A stretch of 64,000 nt of DNA from Nitrospirota bacterium (GTDB lineage: Bacteria; Nitrospirota; Thermodesulfovibrionia; Thermodesulfovibrionales; JdFR-86): positions 1-64,000 of the forward strand of contig CAVRJY010000001.1 of the NCBI GenBank assembly GCA_963721805.1, given 5' to 3'. The number at the start of each line of letters is the position of its first letter. The stretch's first letter is position 1. This document shows, piece after piece, positions 10,160 to 21,498 of this stretch. Under the pieces are notes generated by a model. That model was not told the DNA's origin. It was given only the letters and a program-made list of their open reading frames with translations, and did not search any database. The translations under genes and the position numbers were made by a program.

Positions 10160-10843
10160 ATGGCGAATGGGGCGACAGTGACTAAGAAGGCCGTGGTGCT
10201 CCTAAGCGGGGGCGTGGACAGCACGACCGCGTTCGCCATAGCGAAGTCCGAGGGCTATGAGGTCTACGCCCTGAGCTTCCACTACGGCCAGCGCCACGCG
10301 ATAGAGCTCGAGCACGCCCGGATGGTGGCGCGCGCCCTGGGCGCGGTCGAGCACCGCATCACGAGCATCGACCTGTGGGGCATCGGGGGCTCGGCGCTGA
10401 CCTCGACCTCGATCGAGGTCCCGAAGTGCGGCCCCGTGGCGGGCACGATCCCGGTCACGTACGTCCCGGCCCGAAACACGATATTCCTCTCCCACGCCCT
10501 CGCATGGGCCGAGGTCCTCGGGGCCTGGGACATCGTAATCGGCGCAAACGCGGTGGACTACAGCGGGTATCCCGACTGCCGCCCCGAGTACCTCGAGGCC
10601 TTCGAGCGCATGGCGAACCTAGCAACGAAGACAGCAGTTGAGGGCAGGGGGAGGTTCAGGATACACGCCCCGCTTCTGAGGCTCACGAAGGCCGGGATCA
10701 TCCGCCTGGGCCACAGCCTCGGCGTGGATTACTCGCTCACCTGGAGCTGCTACGATCCTACGCCCGAGGGCACGCCCTGCGGCCGGTGCGACAGCTGCGT
10801 GTTCAGGGACCGGGGGTTTCAGGAGGCCGGCCTGTCCGGATAA
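10160..10843 (+). CDS. queC: 7-cyano-7-deazaguanine synthase
   Basis: SGGVDS, YGQRH, TYVPARN, GYPDCR, SCY...CGRCDSC. Confidence 0.95.
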   Translation: MANGATVTKKAVVLLSGGVDSTTAFAIAKSEGYEVYALSFHYGQRHAIELEHARMVARALGAVEHRITSIDLWGIGGSALTSTSIEVPKCGPVAGTIPVTYVPARNTIFLSHALAWAEVLGAWDIVIGANAVDYSGYPDCRPEYLEAFERMANLATKTAVEGRGRFRIHAPLLRLTKAGIIRLGHSLGVDYSLTWSCYDPTPEGTPCGRCDSCVFRDRGFQEAGLSG

Positions 10844-10917
10844 CACAAGATAAAACCTTTCCTTTTTATGGCGCCTTCTGTTATAGTAAGAGCGTTGTTT
10901 CCAAACGGACAATAATA

Positions 10918-12099
10918 ATGATGAAAAAGTTTACAGCTACAGCCATATTCATAACGGTGTTAGTCCTGTTTCTGGCCCCATGGGCCGAGGCCAGCCGCAC
11001 GCACGTCGTGACCGAGGGCGATAACCTCTACGATATATCGAGGCACTACGGCGTTACTGTCAAGCAGATCATGCGCGCCAACAAGATGCGCACCAACCGC
11101 CTCAAGATCGACGCCGTACTGACGATCCCCGACTCCAAGACCGCCTCCAGCGCCAAGCAGTCGCCCAAGGCGGCCCCGGTCGCATCAGCCGCCCCCTCAC
11201 AGGCCGAGCGCAAGCTGGCCAGCGAGATCACCGCAGATGCCGGGCCTTCGCAGGCCGAGCGCGAACTCGCCAGGGATCTCACCGGGGCTGGCGCTCCTTC
11301 GCGGGCCGAGCGCAACCTGGCGGACGAGATAGCGGCCCAGGCCAGCGAGCAGGCCGAGATCGAGGAAGAGGCCGACTCCGGCGCCGCCGCGGCAGACGAG
11401 ACCGTGGTCGAAAACATCACCTATACCGTAAAGAAGGGCGACACCCTCGCATCGATAGCCCGCAAAAACGGCATCACCGTAACGGAGCTCAAGCGCCTGA
11501 ACCACGCAAAGCGCCTGGCGCTCAGGCCCCGCAAGACCATAGTCATCGGCACCCAGACCGTCAGGCGCGAGGAGTCGAGGGCAGCGCGCGCCGAGACCCT
11601 GAACGACCAGATAAAGGTCATGGTCGCCTCGCCCGAGATCAAGACCATGGGCGTGACGAACCGCGTCCTGCTGCTTGCAAACAAGATGCTCGACATCCCG
11701 TACCGCTTCGGCGGCAACACGTTTATGGGGATCGACTGCTCGGCGTTCGTCCGCACAGTATTCGGGCTCCTGAACCTGAACCTGCCGCGCACCGCGCGCG
11801 AACAGTTCAAGGTCGGCGAAAAGGTGGCTAAAGACGACCTCCTCCCCGGCGACCTCGTGTTCTTCCACACCTACGCCAAGTTCCCCTCGCACGTCGGCAT
11901 ATACCTGGGGGACAACCTCTTCATACACGCCTCGTCCGTTGCGCGCAAGATCACTATAGACAACATCACCCGCAACTACTATTCCAAACACTATATAGGC
12001 GCTCGCCGCATCGTGGACGACTCGCTCGACGCCGATTCTGACGACGACGTTTCCGCGCCCAAGGCCGACCGGTCCGGAGTGCCAGAACCCAAGATGTAG
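10918..12099 (+). CDS. LysM x2 - NlpC/P60 peptidoglycan endopeptidase
   Basis: Signal peptide, two LysM domains, GIDCSAFV, GDLVFF, SHVGIY, FIHAS. Confidence 0.9.
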   Translation: MMKKFTATAIFITVLVLFLAPWAEASRTHVVTEGDNLYDISRHYGVTVKQIMRANKMRTNRLKIDAVLTIPDSKTASSAKQSPKAAPVASAAPSQAERKLASEITADAGPSQAERELARDLTGAGAPSRAERNLADEIAAQASEQAEIEEEADSGAAAADETVVENITYTVKKGDTLASIARKNGITVTELKRLNHAKRLALRPRKTIVIGTQTVRREESRAARAETLNDQIKVMVASPEIKTMGVTNRVLLLANKMLDIPYRFGGNTFMGIDCSAFVRTVFGLLNLNLPRTAREQFKVGEKVAKDDLLPGDLVFFHTYAKFPSHVGIYLGDNLFIHASSVARKITIDNITRNYYSKHYIGARRIVDDSLDADSDDDVSAPKADRSGVPEPKM

Positions 12100-12151
12100 G
12101 CCCCACGGGGGAGCCACGGGCTCCTCTTCCTTTCAAACCCGTCTCGCCGCG

Positions 12152-12514
12152 TTACTTAAGCAGCCAGTCCTTCGCTTCCGCCAACTTATCATTGCCGAAT
12201 GTCTGCACGGGGCAGGGGATCATCACCGAGAAGACCTTCACAGCGTTCAGCATCCATTCGACGTCCGTGACGAACGCGATCTTTTCATATGCCTTGAGGT
12301 GCTGCATACCCATCTTTGCGTCGTCAAACATCGCGCCCGGCGTGAAGTTCCTAAACTCCCCGCCCATCAGATAGATCATCCTGATCTTCGCGTGACGCTT
12401 AAGCGCAGCCTCGACGGCCGGGATCAGGATTTTTTCGTAGTCCTCGGCGGTGACCGTGCCTTTGGCGTCGACGCCCACTACGTTATCCGGCAGACCGGCG
12501 ATAAGCTCAATCAT
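12152..12514 (-). CDS. STAS/SEC14 (SpoIIAA-like) domain protein
   Basis: GTVTAEDYEK...KIAFVTDVEW...EAKDWL; GGAGG RBS. Confidence 0.8.
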   Translation of the reverse strand: MIELIAGLPDNVVGVDAKGTVTAEDYEKILIPAVEAALKRHAKIRMIYLMGGEFRNFTPGAMFDDAKMGMQHLKAYEKIAFVTDVEWMLNAVKVFSVMIPCPVQTFGNDKLAEAKDWLLK

Positions 12515-12550
12515 GTTTGTATCCTCCTCCCTAGATAGTATCATGTTTTC

Positions 12551-12662
12551 AAAGCGCTCCAAATCGCTTGATACGTCGTTGGTCTTCAGAGATGAGCGCG
12601 AAGGCGCGAATAGTGAGAGGGGCCAGTCGGCCTCGCGAATAGAGAGAGGGGTCTATGACCCC
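12551..12662 (+). repeat. Left arm of rod-hairpin element fused to a type D module
   Basis: AAAGCGCTCCAAATCGCTTGATACGTCGTTGG, then GAGCGCGAAGGCGCGAATAGTGAGAGGGGCCAGTCGGCC. Confidence 0.8.
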
Positions 12663-15084
12663 GCGACGAGGGGTTTTCCGCTCTTGTCCAGGCTGAAGCC
12701 GAGCTTCGCGCCGAGGGCGCCGAAGCGCCTGAGCCAGTCCTTGTCCTCGGATGCGCGCATATCGCCCGCGATCCGGAAATAGGTGTTCTGGACCTGCCAG
12801 AGGTTCGTCTCGAACGGCAGGAGCTCCAGCGCGGCGAGGCAGTCCTCGATCTCCGCGAACACGACCTGATCGTTGGGCGTTGCGGAGAGCTGCGCCATCA
12901 GCCGCCCGAGCCGCAGGCGGAACGCGAACTCAAGCCCGACCGCGTCGGGCGTCACGCCCCAGCGCTCGAACTCGCGCAGTATCACCGGGACGCGACCGGC
13001 CACGCCGGTTATGCCATCGCCGAGCAGCCGGCTGAGGTCGGTGTTCAGGGTGAACTCGGCCGCGGCCATGAAGGCCTTCGGCACCGGGATCAGGAAATCC
13101 TTGAGAAACCCCATCAGTATGTGGTTGTCGCTGTAGAGCCTGCGGTTCGTGTCCTCGAAGTCGCGCGTGGTCTCGGCCAGCAGGGTCGTAAGAATAGAGC
13201 GCTGCTCGTCCTTGAACAGGTTTGCGATAGTGAAGCGGTGCTGCCCGAAGTTGCCGTCTATGAGCCTGACGAGGTCCGCGAAGGCCCCGCGCTCGAGCGC
13301 CTCGGCGAGCTCCGAGGCCATCGTCTCGTATGCGGCCGCCTCGCCCACGCCGCGCACCCCGCAGGTGAAGTCCTGGTTGCCGAGGTACAGCAGGGCGAAC
13401 TCCAGCCTGTCGGAGCGGCCCGTTATGCCGGAGGCGACCTTGCAGCGGCCGACGACCAGCTCGGTGTGTCCGGCCTGCTGGTGGCGGTAGTCCTCGACGC
13501 CGACGCCGAAGTGGTATATCCGGGCCTCGGACTCGTAGTGCTCAAAGAGCGAGCTGATCGCGAAGTGCGCGCAGACCTTGGGGAGGTCGATGAACTTGAC
13601 GAACCTGCGGTATACCCCGGCGCCGTTACGGTACTCCGCGAGGTTGCTCGGCGCGGCCTCGAGGTCTTTTATCAGCGCGGGCTCCAGGTCGATGTCGAAG
13701 CATTTGCGGGCGAGCTGCGCCGCGCGGCCGGCGCACCCGAGTATCTGCACGGACTCGATCCCGGAGATCTCGTCGAAGAACCAGCCGCAGCTCGTATACA
13801 TCAGCATCGCGTTGCGCGCAAGCTCCATCAGCGACAGGGCCGAGGTGCGCTCGTCGTCCGCCAGCGCGTGGCTGGCGTAGGTCGCGAGGAACGCATCTAT
13901 CGAGACCTTCGAGCGGTCGAGCACGACCGAGACGTAGGCGTCGCGCGCGGCCCAGGGGTCCTTGAATATCATGCCCCCGGCGTCCTCGAAGGGTTTTATC
14001 AAAGCGTCGCGGAGCCTGTCGAGCGCAGCGCGCAGCGGGGCGCGCCACTCCTGGTGCCATCCGGGGTGGCCCCCCGCGCTGCAGCCGCAGTCGGACCTCC
14101 AGCGCTCGACCCCGTGGCCTGCAGCTCCACGAGGTGTTCTCGAATATCTCGGCCTCGTACACAGGCGGGACCTTCTCGAGGAACTCGCCGTAGTTCGTCA
14201 GCCGCGCAAGGCCCTTATTCTGTATCTCGCCTATCGTGTAGGCCAGCGCCATGTCGCCGAACTTGTGGTGGTGGCCGTAGCTCTCGCCGTCGGTCGCTAT
14301 GTGCATGAGCTGGGGGCCGATCCTCGCGTCCGAAAACCCTCCCATGAAGCCTCGAGGAGAAGGCCTCGCCGCTGTTTAGCAGGCCCTCGAACGCGACCGC
14401 GTGCGATATCGGCGAGTCATAGAAAAACACCGCGATCTTCCGGGCCGAGGGCAGCCGCACCCAGTAGGGGCGCGAGGGGTCGACCTTGCCCCCCGAGACG
14501 TCCTCCCAGGCCTTCGTCGCGTGGCGCACGCGCCTGGCCTGATGCGGGGCGAGCACCGTAAAGAGGATGCCCTCGGCGGCCATGATGTCCAGCGTCTCGA
14601 GGTCCACGGCGGTCTCCGGCAGCCACATGCCCTCCGGCCTGCGCATAAACCTGCGCTCGAAGTCCGCGATCCCCCATAGCACCTGCGTGCGCTTGTCCCG
14701 GGAGTTCGCAAGCGGCATGATCATGTGGCTGTAGGCCTGAGACATGGCCGAGCCGTGGCCGGAGCGCTGCGCCATGCTCTGGCGGTCGCTCTCGAGGATG
14801 AGCGCATAGACCTCGGGGGCGTGCAGCTGCAGCCACGACAGCAGCGTCGGGCCGATATTGAAGCTGATGCTTGAGTAGTTGCTCACGATCCGGCTGATCT
14901 TCTTCTGGCTGTCCAGTATGCGCGAGAGCGCGTTGGGGCCGTAGCACTCGGCCGTTATCCGCTCGTTCCAATCGTGGTAGGGGTAGGCGCTGTCCTGTGT
15001 TTCGACCTCCTCGAGCCACGGGTTCTCGCGCGGGGGCTGGTAGAAATGCCCGTGTATGCACAGGTATCGGTCCTTGGGCTGCAT
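12653..15084 (-). CDS. Glycoside hydrolase family 57 / DUF3536 protein (frameshifts near 14340 and 14115)
   Basis: HGHFYQPPRENPW, GMWLPETAVD, ATDGESYGHH, MYTSCGWFFDEISG across three frames. Confidence 0.88.
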
Positions 15085-15165
15085 AGTCCATTATACGATT
15101 TATCGGGACGTCTGTCGCGGCTGATGTTAAAATACTGCTAACTCGAATATAAGGAGGAATCTTAG

Positions 15166-16102
15166 ATGGACGCTGTGGAGCTAAGGCGGATATGGGGAGG
15201 GTTTCAGGGGGCGCGCGTGGTGATGAGCGCTGTAAACTTGGGGCTGTTCGAGCGGCTGCGCACTCCGGCAGACGCCGGGGAGGTCGCCGGGGGCTGAGCT
15301 TGAATCCCCGAGCGGCCGCGATCATGCTCGACGCGCTTGCCGCGATGGGGCTGATAAAGAAGGCCAAGTCGGTATACTCGCTCACGCCCGACTCCGCGAG
15401 GATGCTGCTTAAGGACGGGGCTGAGTATCAGGGCGATATCATCCAGCACGCGGACATCCTCGGCGCAACTGGTCCGGGCTCGACGAGGTCTGCCGCACCG
15501 GCATGCCCGCGCACCACGCGCACGACCACCACTCGTTCATCATGGGGATGCACAACCTCGCGCTTCGGAAGGCCCCGTGGTGCTCAGCGCAGTCGGGCTC
15601 AAGGGCGTGAAGCGCGCGCTCGATCTGGGCGGCGGCCCCTGGGACCTATAGCATAGTGATGGCTGGCAAGGGCATCAGCACGACGCTATTCGACATACCC
15701 GAAACCGTGGCCATCGCGCGCACCGTGACGCGCGGGAGCGGGATCAGGTTTTTGGAGGGCGATTTCAATGCAGACCCCATAGGGCGCGGGTATGACCTGA
15801 TATTCATAAGCCAGATCCTGCACGCGTTCAGCGTCGAAGAATGCGGCGCGTTGCTTGCCAAGTGCGCCAAGGCTTTAACCCCCGGCGGCAGGGTCGCGGT
15901 GCAGGAGTTCCCGATCTCGGCGACTCTGGATAGTCCGCTTCCTGGCGCGCTGTTCAGCGTCAACATGCTCGTCAATACCCCGGCCGGCAGGTGCCACGCC
16001 ACGGACGAGATCGCCGGGTGGATGAAGGACGCGGGGCTTATGCGGATCAGGCACAAGGACCTCAAGGAGACGGTGCTCGTGATCGGGGCTAAGAAGGCTT
16101 GA
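15166..16102 (+). CDS. SAM-dependent O-methyltransferase with dimerisation domain (several frameshifts)
   Basis: AAGGAGG RBS, AVNLGLFERL, LDLGGG, FDIPET, EGDF, ILHAF. Confidence 0.78.
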
Positions 16103-16383
16103 GCGAGGCGGAAAAGCCCTGCTGGAGCCGGACGGCGGATGGGATCACGCTTCGGGTGCGCGTGCAGCCGCGCGCATCGCACGCCGGGATCGAGGGGATC
16201 AAGGGCGATACCCTCCGCGTGCGCCTCAACGCCCCCCCGGCGGATGGCAGGGCCAACGCCGAGCTGATCGAGATGCTGTCGAAGGCGCTCCACATCAGAA
16301 AAAGTGACATCGAGATAATACGGGGACATGCCGCACGAGAGAAGACTGTCGCGATCAGAGGGCTGGATAAGTTACCTCTTTGA
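16099..16383 (+). CDS. DUF167/YggU family protein
   Basis: VRVQPRAS...APPADGRANAEL...GHAAREK. Confidence 0.88.
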   Translation: MSEAEKPCWSRTADGITLRVRVQPRASHAGIEGIKGDTLRVRLNAPPADGRANAELIEMLSKALHIRKSDIEIIRGHAAREKTVAIRGLDKLPL

Positions 16384-16552
16384 AAGCGCTCCAAATCGCT
16401 TGATACTGCGTTAGGCATCAAAGACTCGCCCTCTATGTACGTCACAGTACACCATCGGGCGGTCTTCTCGCCCTGCCTTGTCTGAAGACGATTTGGGCGC
16501 GCTTTCGGGGGGGGGGGCAGACGTGGCCCAGCCGCTGGACCCCCGTGCCCCC
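16383..16552 (+). repeat. Rod-hairpin element (type A), altered tail
   Basis: Arms 16383-16505, apex GTAC GTCACA GTAC, then G-run and ACGTGGCCCAGCCGCTG. Confidence 0.9.
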
Positions 16553-16563
16553 GAGGAATTAAA

Positions 16564-17314
16564 TTATGCGTATATTGATTGTTTTAGATTAAAGTTCTTT
16601 GCTATAAGATGTGCTGCGACATTTCTCATAAGCCATAAGTCTCTTGATAATCTGCGTACATCAGTAGCATCATCCGGGTCTGACGATTGGGTCTGAATAT
16701 GCATGAGCTACAGCGCATCTACAGGATTTGTAAAGATAGTTGGCCGCATCACCGTTTTCTCGCTCAATCTCTGTGATTCTTTTAATGCATTCGGTGTCTT
16801 CCATTTCTGTCAATGTTGAGCGCAACCCCTCGACAAGCTCATTTTTTCCGTCTCTTGTTTTGCCGTTCCAAAAAATGTTCAAAATTTTAAAATAGCCAAG
16901 AATTTTATATGATATGTTCTCTAAGCTTAATGCCTCGCGATACAAGGCAACAGCAAGCATAGCGTCGTAAGGTATGGTGTAAACTTCATTCGGAAATTCA
17001 TTGATCTGATCGGCTCCGAATGGAATTTGATGTTTTGGTAAGGATCCGGGCGCAATAGCCCCGTTTCTTCCAATATGATAATGAGTTATTGCCGGATTGT
17101 CGTCTTTCCAACTTAATGCGCTAAGAAACCTATCAATAATCGTATAGCCTTCAATGTCTGTCATTTGAACAAGCTGAATGTGGATAGACGCAAAGTTATC
17201 TCTGGTACGCGGCATCAGTATAAAAGTGTGATTTCCATATTTGATTTCTTTCTTTTCTTTAGGCCAGGCAGTTTGAGTGGTTACTGCAACGCTTAGCCAC
17301 TTAGGAATTGACAT
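16564..17314 (-). CDS. MauJ-like protein with HEPN-type RxxxxH motif (frameshift near 16681)
   Basis: AVALYREALS...GYFKILN...YLYKSCRCAVAHA; removing one base extends the frame to a stop at 16564; visibly AT-rich. Confidence 0.65.
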
Positions 17315-17366
17315 AATACGATAGGACTGATGAAGGCAATAAGGTTTTCATTTTGTTGATGTCCTG

Positions 17367-17627
17367 CTATTTCTGGCGGGGGGCGGGTGCGCCGCGCAGC
17401 ATGCCTTCGGTGCTCAGGTCTTCGTCGATCTCGGGCCAGTGGATGCCATACCCGCCGGCGCTGATCTCCCACTTGGCTCGCTGGCTCGGCGTTGCGTTTA
17501 GCAGCCTCGGATACCAGACAAGGGGCACTATGATAGTGCGACCGTCCATCAGGTTCACGCTCAACGTTTCCTCATCAATCCGGACGTCCTTTGCGCGCTC
17601 ATCCGCCTGAAGCGCCAAAATACCCAT
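17367..17627 (-). CDS. DUF2442 family protein (putative TA partner)
   Basis: LMDGRTIIVPLVWYPRLLNAT...GIHWPEIDEDLS. Confidence 0.88.
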   Translation of the reverse strand: MGILALQADERAKDVRIDEETLSVNLMDGRTIIVPLVWYPRLLNATPSQRAKWEISAGGYGIHWPEIDEDLSTEGMLRGAPAPRQK

Positions 17628-17844
17628 GCCATGCCTCCAATAAGCTCAAACGGTTTGCGGAGACCAGGGCCTGCAGCTCCCTTAGCTCCTTCGGGCCGAA
17701 GCCGAGGTTCTTGGCAAGCCCCACCGGATCAAGCCAGAACTTCGCCGAAAACCTCTCCCGGTCAATATGGATATGCGGCGGTTCGTTCGTCTCATGGCTG
17801 AAAAAGTAAAAACGATACGCCCCTTCGCGCATGACCGTCGGCAT
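17599..17844 (-). CDS. DUF4160 family protein (putative TA partner)
   Basis: YRFYFFSHETNEPPHIHI...AKFWL. Confidence 0.88.
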   Translation of the reverse strand: MPTVMREGAYRFYFFSHETNEPPHIHIDRERFSAKFWLDPVGLAKNLGFGPKELRELQALVSANRLSLLEAWHGYFGASGG

Positions 17845-17957
17845 GGATAATTATATCACGCTGGGTTTCAAATGACACGGCCAGTCGGCCACGTTCACGT
17901 TTAGCTAATGCTATTAACCACGGAGGCGTGATGGCAGCGGATGGGCTGCTCTTATCA

Positions 17958-18146
17958 ATGCCGTTGACCGCTCGCACGATTAGGCAATATAAACTTAAAG
18001 CGCGATAAATCGCTTCAGACAAGGGGGCCGGTTGGCCCCTGTCTTTTAGGAGAAGTGCCCGTGGCACCCCGACGGTGTACTGAGACGTACTCCGAGGGCG
18101 CGTCTTTGAAGCCATGACGCAGTATCACGCGTATTTAGTGCACTTT
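17958..18146 (-). repeat. Rod-hairpin element (type B) with two inserted mini-hairpins and tail
   Basis: Reverse strand AAAGTGCACTAAATACGCGTGATAC...GTAC GTCTCA GTAC...GTCTGAAGCGATTTATCGCGCTTT...GGTCAACGGCAT. Confidence 0.88.
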
Positions 18147-18173
18147 GAAGAAAGTGACGGTTGCTTGGAGGAG

Positions 18174-19140
18174 CTACAGAAGTTTGGCGGCGTCTTTGGC
18201 GTGGTAGGTGAGTATCAGATCCGCCCCGGCCCGTCTTGATCGAGATCAGTATCTCCATCATCACGCGCTCATAATCGACCCAGCCGCGCTCGGCCGCGGC
18301 CTTCACGAGCGAGTACTCGCCGCTCACGTTATATGCGGCCACCGGCAGGTCGAACGAGGAGCGGACCTCGGAGATGATGTCCAGGTACGAAAGCGCGGGC
18401 TTGACCATGATGATGTCCGCCCCCTCCTCGATGTCGAGCTCGACCTCACGGATCGCCTCGCGGCGGTTGGCCGGGTCCATCTGGTAGGACCGGCGGTCCC
18501 CGAACTGGGGGGCGCACTCGGCGGCCTCCCTAAACGGGCCGTAGAACGAAGAGGCGTACTTCGCGGCATAGCTCATGATCGGGGTGTCGGAAAGGCCCTC
18601 GTCGTCGAGGGCGTCGCGTATGGCCTCCACACGGCCGTCCATCATGTCGGACGGGGCGACCATGTCAGCGCCGGCCTTGGCGTGGGACACGGCCTCGCGC
18701 GCCAGGAGCTCGAGCGTCGGGTCGTTGAGCACGCGGCCGTCCTTGATCACGCCGCAGTGGCCGTGCTCGGTGTACTCGCAGAGGCAGACGTCGGTGATGA
18801 CGTAGAGCTCGGGTACGGCGTCCTTGATCGCGCGGATCGCCTCCTGCACCACGCCGTGGTCGTCGTATGCGCCGGAGCCCAGGGCGTCCTTGGTATCCGG
18901 GATGCCGAAGAGGAGGACCGAGGGGATGCCGAGCTTATGTATCTCCTTGCAGTTTTCGACGAGCATGTCGGCCGATTCCTGATAGCAGCCGGGCATGGAG
19001 GAAATCTCTTTCCTCATGCCCTTGCCGGAGGTGGCGAAGAGCGGGTATATCAGGTCGTCGGGCGTGACGATAGTCTCGCGCACCATGCGCCTGATCACCG
19101 CGTTCTGCCTGAGCCTCCGTGGCCGCTTTATCGGGAACAT
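18174..19140 (-). CDS. hemB: Porphobilinogen synthase (frameshift near 18235)
   Basis: [44 protein letters not shown]-terminus [18 protein letters not shown] in the shifted frame. Confidence 0.95.
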
Positions 19141-19155
19141 GGTCCTTCCCTTATC

Positions 19156-19488
19156 TCAGTGGCAGGAGCTGCCGCAGCTGCCGCTCGAGCAGGAGGACGC
19201 CTTGGGGTTCAGGTCGCGTATGACGAAGCCCTGCGCCTGTCCGTTGTCGACGAAGTCGAATACCTTGCCGCTGAGCTGGCCCTGGGTGTTGGCGTCCGCG
19301 AAGACCCTCATGCCGTTGTGCTCGGTGACGACGTCGCCCTCGGCCGGGTTCTCTTCGAGGTCGAGGCCGAAAGACGGGCCGCAGCAGGAGCTGCCGGAGG
19401 TGAATATCCTCAGGCCCCAGCCGGTCTTGCCCTCGGTGGTGAGGACCTCTTTCGCCTTCTCGGATGCAGTGTCAGTGATCGTAAACAT
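19156..19488 (-). CDS. HesB/IscA-family Fe-S assembly accessory protein
   Basis: ITDTASEK...GLRIF...CCGPSFGLDL...GFVI...SSCSSGSCGSSCH. Confidence 0.8.
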   Translation of the reverse strand: MFTITDTASEKAKEVLTTEGKTGWGLRIFTSGSSCCGPSFGLDLEENPAEGDVVTEHNGMRVFADANTQGQLSGKVFDFVDNGQAQGFVIRDLNPKASSCSSGSCGSSCH

Positions 19489-19595
19489 GGTTTGTTACCT
19501 CCTGAAAATGTTGTCTTTTAGAATAAAACATCAATATGGCAAATGACAACAAGCGATTTGCAATGCCCGTGGGATTCGTTTAGAATCAATGAGAT

Positions 19596-20378
19596 ATGCC
19601 GATACTCGATACCATAGTGACGAAGCGGCGCGAGAGGCTCTCCGCGCGGCGCGCCGAGATGCCTATGCATGAGCTGCGCTCTCTGATCGCCTCGAATGAG
19701 GCCGCGCGCGACTTCAGCGCGGCCATCAGGCGGCGCGGGGCGCGCGTGCGCCTGATCGCGGAGGTGAAGAAGGCCTCGCCCTCGCAGGGGCTGATACGGC
19801 CTGACTTCGACCCGGCGATGATCGCGCGCGTATACGACGGCCGTGCGGACGCGATCTCGGTGCTCACCGAGGAGGACCACTTCATGGGCGATATCGCGTT
19901 TATAGGGATCGTCAAGGCGAACTCGCGCCTCCCCGCGCTCAGGAAGGACTTCATAATAGACGAATACCAGATATACGAGGCGCGCGCGTTCGGCGCGGAC
20001 GCGATCCTGCTGATCGACGCGATACTGGATCCCGCGCAGGCGGACGAGTACCGCCGGATGGCCGCGGAGCTTGGGATGAGCGTGCTGTATGAGGTGCACG
20101 ACATGCATGAGCTCGAGCGCGCCCTTAAGCTCGATATGCCGGTCATCGGGGTTAACAACCGCAACCTCAAGACGATGAAGGTCGACCTGGAGACTACGTT
20201 TATGATGCGCTCCGAGGTGCCCCGCGATAAGATCATGGTGAGCGAGAGCGGTATCTCGACATTCGAGGACGTGCAGCGGCTCGATGCGGCCGGGGTGGAC
20301 GCGATGCTCGTAGGGACGTCCCTGATGCGCGCACCGGACATCGCCGGTGCGATCGACGCGCTGCGGGGCGGCGCGTAA
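19596..20378 (+). CDS. trpC: Indole-3-glycerol phosphate synthase
   Basis: IAEVKKASPSQG, ISVLTE, LRKDFI, GVNNRNL, SESGI. Confidence 0.95.
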   Translation: MPILDTIVTKRRERLSARRAEMPMHELRSLIASNEAARDFSAAIRRRGARVRLIAEVKKASPSQGLIRPDFDPAMIARVYDGRADAISVLTEEDHFMGDIAFIGIVKANSRLPALRKDFIIDEYQIYEARAFGADAILLIDAILDPAQADEYRRMAAELGMSVLYEVHDMHELERALKLDMPVIGVNNRNLKTMKVDLETTFMMRSEVPRDKIMVSESGISTFEDVQRLDAAGVDAMLVGTSLMRAPDIAGAIDALRGGA

Positions 20379-21022
20379 TGCTCAGGGTCAAGATCTGCGG
20401 GATCACCAATATCGAGGACGCGCGTGCGGCGGTCTCGTTCGGGGCCGATGCGCTCGGGTTCATCTTCCACCCCAGGAGCGCGCGATATATTTCACCCGAT
20501 GCTGCGGGCCGGATAATAGCGGCCATGCCCCCGTTCGTTATGACGGTGGGAGTCTTCGTCGATGAGACGGCCGAGGCCGTGGTCGAGACCGCGCGCATCG
20601 CGGGGCTCGGGGCGGTGCAGCTCCATGGGGCCGAGACGCCCGAGGTCTGCGCGTCGATAATGGGCCGCGGGATACGGGTGATCAAGGCCGCGCGCGTGCG
20701 CGAGGCCGCCGATGTATACGCGCTCGCGGCATACGACGTCTCGGGCTTCCTTCTCGACGCATACTCGCCCGACCTCCACGGCGGAAGCGGGATCAATGCG
20801 ACTGGACGCTCGCGGCCTCGGCGGTAAGGTCATGACAGGCCGATCATACTCGCCGGAGGGCTCACGCCCGACAACGTAGCCGAGGCGGTGGCTGCGGTGC
20901 AGCCATACGCGGTGGACGTCGCAAGCGGTGTCGAGTCTGCTCCGGGGAGGAAGGATCACGAGAAGGTGCGGAGGTTTATCGAGGCGGCAAAGGGCAAGGC
21001 TTTAAGAGGAAGGGGTCTGTGA
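20378..21022 (+). CDS. trpF: Phosphoribosylanthranilate isomerase (frameshift near 20800)
   Basis: VKICGIT, VQLHG, LLDA, then [11 protein letters not shown] and VDVASGVE in the shifted frame. Confidence 0.92.
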
Positions 21023-21385
21023 CCCCCGTGACCCCACGCGGATGATCGTCTTGAGGTTGCCCCTCGGGTTGAAGTCCCCGGTGACCTCCAGGGCGCGCGG
21101 CTTGAGTTTCTTTTTGAGCGTGTCGTAGATAAGGTTCGTCACCTCCTCGTGCGAGATGCTGCGGTCGCGGAAGGAGTTGAGGTATAGCTTCAGGGCCTTG
21201 AGTTCGACGATCTTCTTATCCGGGATATAAACAATCTTGATCGTGGCGAAGTCCGGATACCCCGAGCGCGGGCACAGGCAGGTGAACTCCGGGAAGCTCA
21301 TGTCGACCTCGTAGTCGCGGTCCGGGCTGGGGTTGTCCCAGAGCTCGAGCCGGGCGGTCTTTATGGCGCGCTCGCCGTATTTCAT
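21002..21385 (-). CDS. queF: PreQ0 reductase, type I
   Basis: [31 protein letters not shown]. Confidence 0.93.
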   Translation of the reverse strand: MKYGERAIKTARLELWDNPSPDRDYEVDMSFPEFTCLCPRSGYPDFATIKIVYIPDKKIVELKALKLYLNSFRDRSISHEEVTNLIYDTLKKKLKPRALEVTGDFNPRGNLKTIIRVGSRGSQTPSS

Positions 21386-21498
21386 CCGGGCAATCTAACA
21401 CGGCCCCGGCCGAAATGTAAAGCGGGCACGGCCCTTCACCCAGGCGCATGTATGTTAAAATTCCTCTGCCTATAAATTTTGAAGGAGTGCCGAGCGGA

